Of a stretch of 64,000 nucleotides of DNA, positions 61,624 to 64,000 are shown piece after piece. This DNA is from Candidatus Omnitrophota bacterium. Its GTDB lineage: Bacteria > Omnitrophota > Gorgyraeia > Gygaellales > JBFMHM01. The stretch lies in the NCBI GenBank assembly GCA_040753015.1, contig JBFMHM010000003.1, positions 83,463-147,462 on the forward strand, in the 5' to 3' direction. Below the pieces are notes generated by a model. The model ran no database searches and had not been told where the DNA came from. It saw nothing but the letters and a program-made list of their open reading frames with translations. Positions within the stretch are counted from its first letter, which is position 1. Each line of letters starts with the position of its first letter. The position numbers were made by a program, and so were the translations under genes.

Positions 61624-63687
61624 TCAATAATCATCGCGGTAGCGAAAATATTCTTTCATCATTTCAAATAGTTTTTCATTTCGGGAAGTAGGGACAGGCC
61701 CCTGTGCCTGTCCGTTATTATTCGGATGGACACGGGGGTCCGCCCCTACATTTAAATATGCACTTTCAGTTGTAACAAATTTATTTAAGATGTCTCCTTC
61801 ATCCAGAAAACGCGAAACTTGTGTGAATACCGAACCAGCGCCATCAAAATAACTGCGCGGGCTTCGGTCAATTTGCGGCTTAATTAAAAATAAATTTTCT
61901 TTGGCGCGCGTTGCAGCAACATACAAAAGCCTGCGCTCCTCTTCTATAGCATCACTATCCTCCAAAGATAAATAGCTAGGAAGATGCCCTTCAGCAACAT
62001 AAATTAAAAAAACTGTATGCCATTCAAGGCCTTTTGCAGAATGAATTGTTGAAAGCGTAAGCCGCCCATCGCCTTTATCTTTTACGGCAGATTCAACAAT
62101 ATTTCTCTCTGGCGGCTCAAGCGCCATATCGGTCAAAAATTCCTCTAAGTTGTCGTAGCGAATAGAAATTCTCTCTAAAGAATCAAGGTCATTCAAACGC
62201 TTATTAAAATCATCGTATTTTTCTTTTAAAAGCGGTGAATAATAATCTAAAAATAATTTGATAAGATCAGAAGGTATTTGTTTATTTACCTCGATTTTTT
62301 TTAATATACTGATAAGCTTTATTAAATCCTGAAATTTTGCAGTTAACTTAGGGTCTATATTTAGGCCTTTTTTAAAGCCAATTATTTCATTAATAATATT
62401 TTGTGCAGTCTTTGTGCCAATGCCTCGCATAAGTAAAAGCACCCTGTGCCAACTTACTGCATCAAAAATATTATGAGTAATCCTTAAATAAGAGATTATG
62501 TCTTTTATGTGGCTAGCCTCAACGAACTTTTGCCCGCCATATTTTGTAAAAGGGATATTTCTTGAGGCAAGCTCTACTTCTAAATCATTAGAATGCCAGC
62601 CTGAGCGAAAAAGCACAGCAATATTAGAAAGCTCAACACCTTCTTCTCTTAATTCTAGAATTTTGTCAGCGACAAATTTTGACTGCGCATTTTCATCTTC
62701 GGCGTCAATATAAACCGGGACATTGCCTTCTTTTTTCTTCGTATAAAGATTTTTCTCAAATTTTTCCTGTGAAAAATTAATTATCTGGTTAGTTAAATTA
62801 AGAATGGGCTGGGTAGAACGGTAATTTTCTTCTAATGTTATAATCTTTGCGCCTTTAAAAATTTTTGGAAAATCCATTATATTTTTGAAGTCTGCACCGC
62901 GAAATGAATAAATACTCTGTGAATCATCGCCTACAACCATTACATTTTGATGCTCACTCGCCAAAAGGCAGACAATATGCGCCTGCAATTTATTTGTATC
63001 TTGGTACTCATCAACCATAATGTATTTATATTTATTAGATAATCTAACTCGAATATCATTATGGTCATTCAATAAATCTTTTAAACAAACTAGAAGATCA
63101 TCATAATCTAAAAGCGATTTTAATTGTTTATACTGCCTGTATTCATCGCGGATTTTTTTTATTTCCTCAGTCCATTCAATAAATTGTGGATATTCATCAT
63201 ACAAAATAACTCCAATATCGCAGTTTTTATTTACGCTTTTTGAAATAACATCATGTATTGTGTTTTTTCGTGGAAAGCGTTTTTCTTTTTTATTAAAACC
63301 TAACTCGGTTCTAATTAAATTAATCGCATCTTCGCTATCCGATTGATCAAGAATTGTAAAATTATTATTCAGCTTTAAAACAGCGGCATATTTTCGCAAA
63401 ATCATATTGGCAAAAGAATGGAAGGTGCCACCGGATACCTTATTACAACGTTCATCTAAAAGAATAGCTGCGCGCCGAAGCATTTCATGGGCGGCTTTTC
63501 TTGTAAAGGTAAGCAGAAGGACTTCTTCTGGTTTAATCCCTTTTTCAACAAGGTGTGCAACTCGATAAACTAAAACGCGCGTCTTGCCGCTTCCAGCACC
63601 GGCAATTACTAAATGCGGCCCTTCAATTGATTCAACCGCCGCAAGCTGCGCAGCATTAAGCTCTTTTTTATAATCAATTCTCTGCAT
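61624..63687 (-). CDS. ATP-dependent DNA helicase, UvrD/PcrA/Rep family
   Basis: Walker A AGAGSGKTRVL and SF1 motifs (DEYQDTN, TIHSAKGLEW). Confidence 0.85.
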   Translation of the reverse strand: MQRIDYKKELNAAQLAAVESIEGPHLVIAGAGSGKTRVLVYRVAHLVEKGIKPEEVLLLTFTRKAAHEMLRRAAILLDERCNKVSGGTFHSFANMILRKYAAVLKLNNNFTILDQSDSEDAINLIRTELGFNKKEKRFPRKNTIHDVISKSVNKNCDIGVILYDEYPQFIEWTEEIKKIRDEYRQYKQLKSLLDYDDLLVCLKDLLNDHNDIRVRLSNKYKYIMVDEYQDTNKLQAHIVCLLASEHQNVMVVGDDSQSIYSFRGADFKNIMDFPKIFKGAKIITLEENYRSTQPILNLTNQIINFSQEKFEKNLYTKKKEGNVPVYIDAEDENAQSKFVADKILELREEGVELSNIAVLFRSGWHSNDLEVELASRNIPFTKYGGQKFVEASHIKDIISYLRITHNIFDAVSWHRVLLLMRGIGTKTAQNIINEIIGFKKGLNIDPKLTAKFQDLIKLISILKKIEVNKQIPSDLIKLFLDYYSPLLKEKYDDFNKRLNDLDSLERISIRYDNLEEFLTDMALEPPERNIVESAVKDKGDGRLTLSTIHSAKGLEWHTVFLIYVAEGHLPSYLSLEDSDAIEEERRLLYVAATRAKENLFLIKPQIDRSPRSYFDGAGSVFTQVSRFLDEGDILNKFVTTESAYLNVGADPRVHPNNNGQAQGPVPTSRNEKLFEMMKEYFRYRDDY

Positions 63688-63690
63688 GAA

Positions 63691-64000
63691 TTAAAATTTC
63701 ACCTCTGGCGCTGCTTTTGCTGCGCTTTCCGCCTTAAAGTATTCGGTTGCGCGCTTATAACCAAACATATTAGCTACAACATTACCCGGGAAGCGCCTTA
63801 CCATTAAATTATAACCCATAACCGCATCGTTATAGCGCATACGCTCAACGGCAATTCTATTTTCTGTCCCCGCTAATTCATCCATAAGCTTTAAAAATGT
63901 ATTATCGGCTTTTAAGTTTGGATAATTCTCGGCAACTAAAAGCAATCGAGATAGCGCCGCATCAATTTGGCCTGCTGCCTTTACCTTTTCATCGACTGTA
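63691..64000 (-). CDS. LemA family protein (partial; N-terminus beyond the window end)
   Basis: C-terminal LemA block RMRYNDAVMGYNLMVRRFPGNVVANMFGYKRATEYF; the reading frame runs off the window. Confidence 0.55.
   Translation of the reverse strand, partial: TVDEKVKAAGQIDAALSRLLLVAENYPNLKADNTFLKLMDELAGTENRIAVERMRYNDAVMGYNLMVRRFPGNVVANMFGYKRATEYFKAESAAKAAPEVKF

Overview
This window is an AT-rich (~30% GC) chromosomal segment from a Gram-negative-type bacterium; lipid A/Kdo genes lpxK, waaA, lpxB and an lpxL-like gene, plus msbA, are present. Almost everything is on the minus strand and tightly packed. The core content is housekeeping: lipid A assembly (LpxL-ELM1 fusion, lpxK, waaA; separately msbA, a Gfo/Idh/MocA oxidoreductase and lpxB), xerC/D-like recombinase, topA, dprA, aroK, aroC, purB, eno, ftsB-like, ftsH-like, leuA-ilvC-ilvNB-ilvD, class-II aldolase and pfkA, ahcY-metK, a mannose-activation pair, a regulatory PTS cluster (ptsN, yvcK, ptsH, ptsI), frr-pyrH-tsf-rpsB, purF/S/Q/L, uvrD and a partial lemA. 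There is a tRNA-fMet, and an array of tRNA-Gly, tRNA-Leu and tRNA-Lys separated by similar spacers. The non-ordinary content falls into three groups. First, a 6.6-kb gene (20134..26772) encodes a 2212-aa signal-peptide protein with two tandem modules, each carrying a thermolysin-like HExxH...E-x-x-A/C-D-x-x-G signature, followed by a long HEAT/PBS-lyase-like C-terminal region. Its 5' third holds several GC-rich palindromes and short direct repeats inserted in frame. Second, one of those palindromes is a double-hairpin element that recurs in frame inside lpxK and again next to tRNA-Lys, behaving like Rickettsia RPE elements. Third, the leu/ilv operon is punctuated by small co-oriented accessory genes: a YhcG/DUF1016 PD-(D/E)xK nuclease inserted at the leuA 3' end with a ~67-bp duplication, an ORF6N (KilA-N-like) protein, a Cys-rich secreted protein, a DinD/Bro-N protein, and a type II RM pair whose endonuclease appears frameshifted. 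An AbiEi/AbiEii toxin-antitoxin pair sits next to the giant gene. No CRISPR array, rRNA or obvious prophage was seen.
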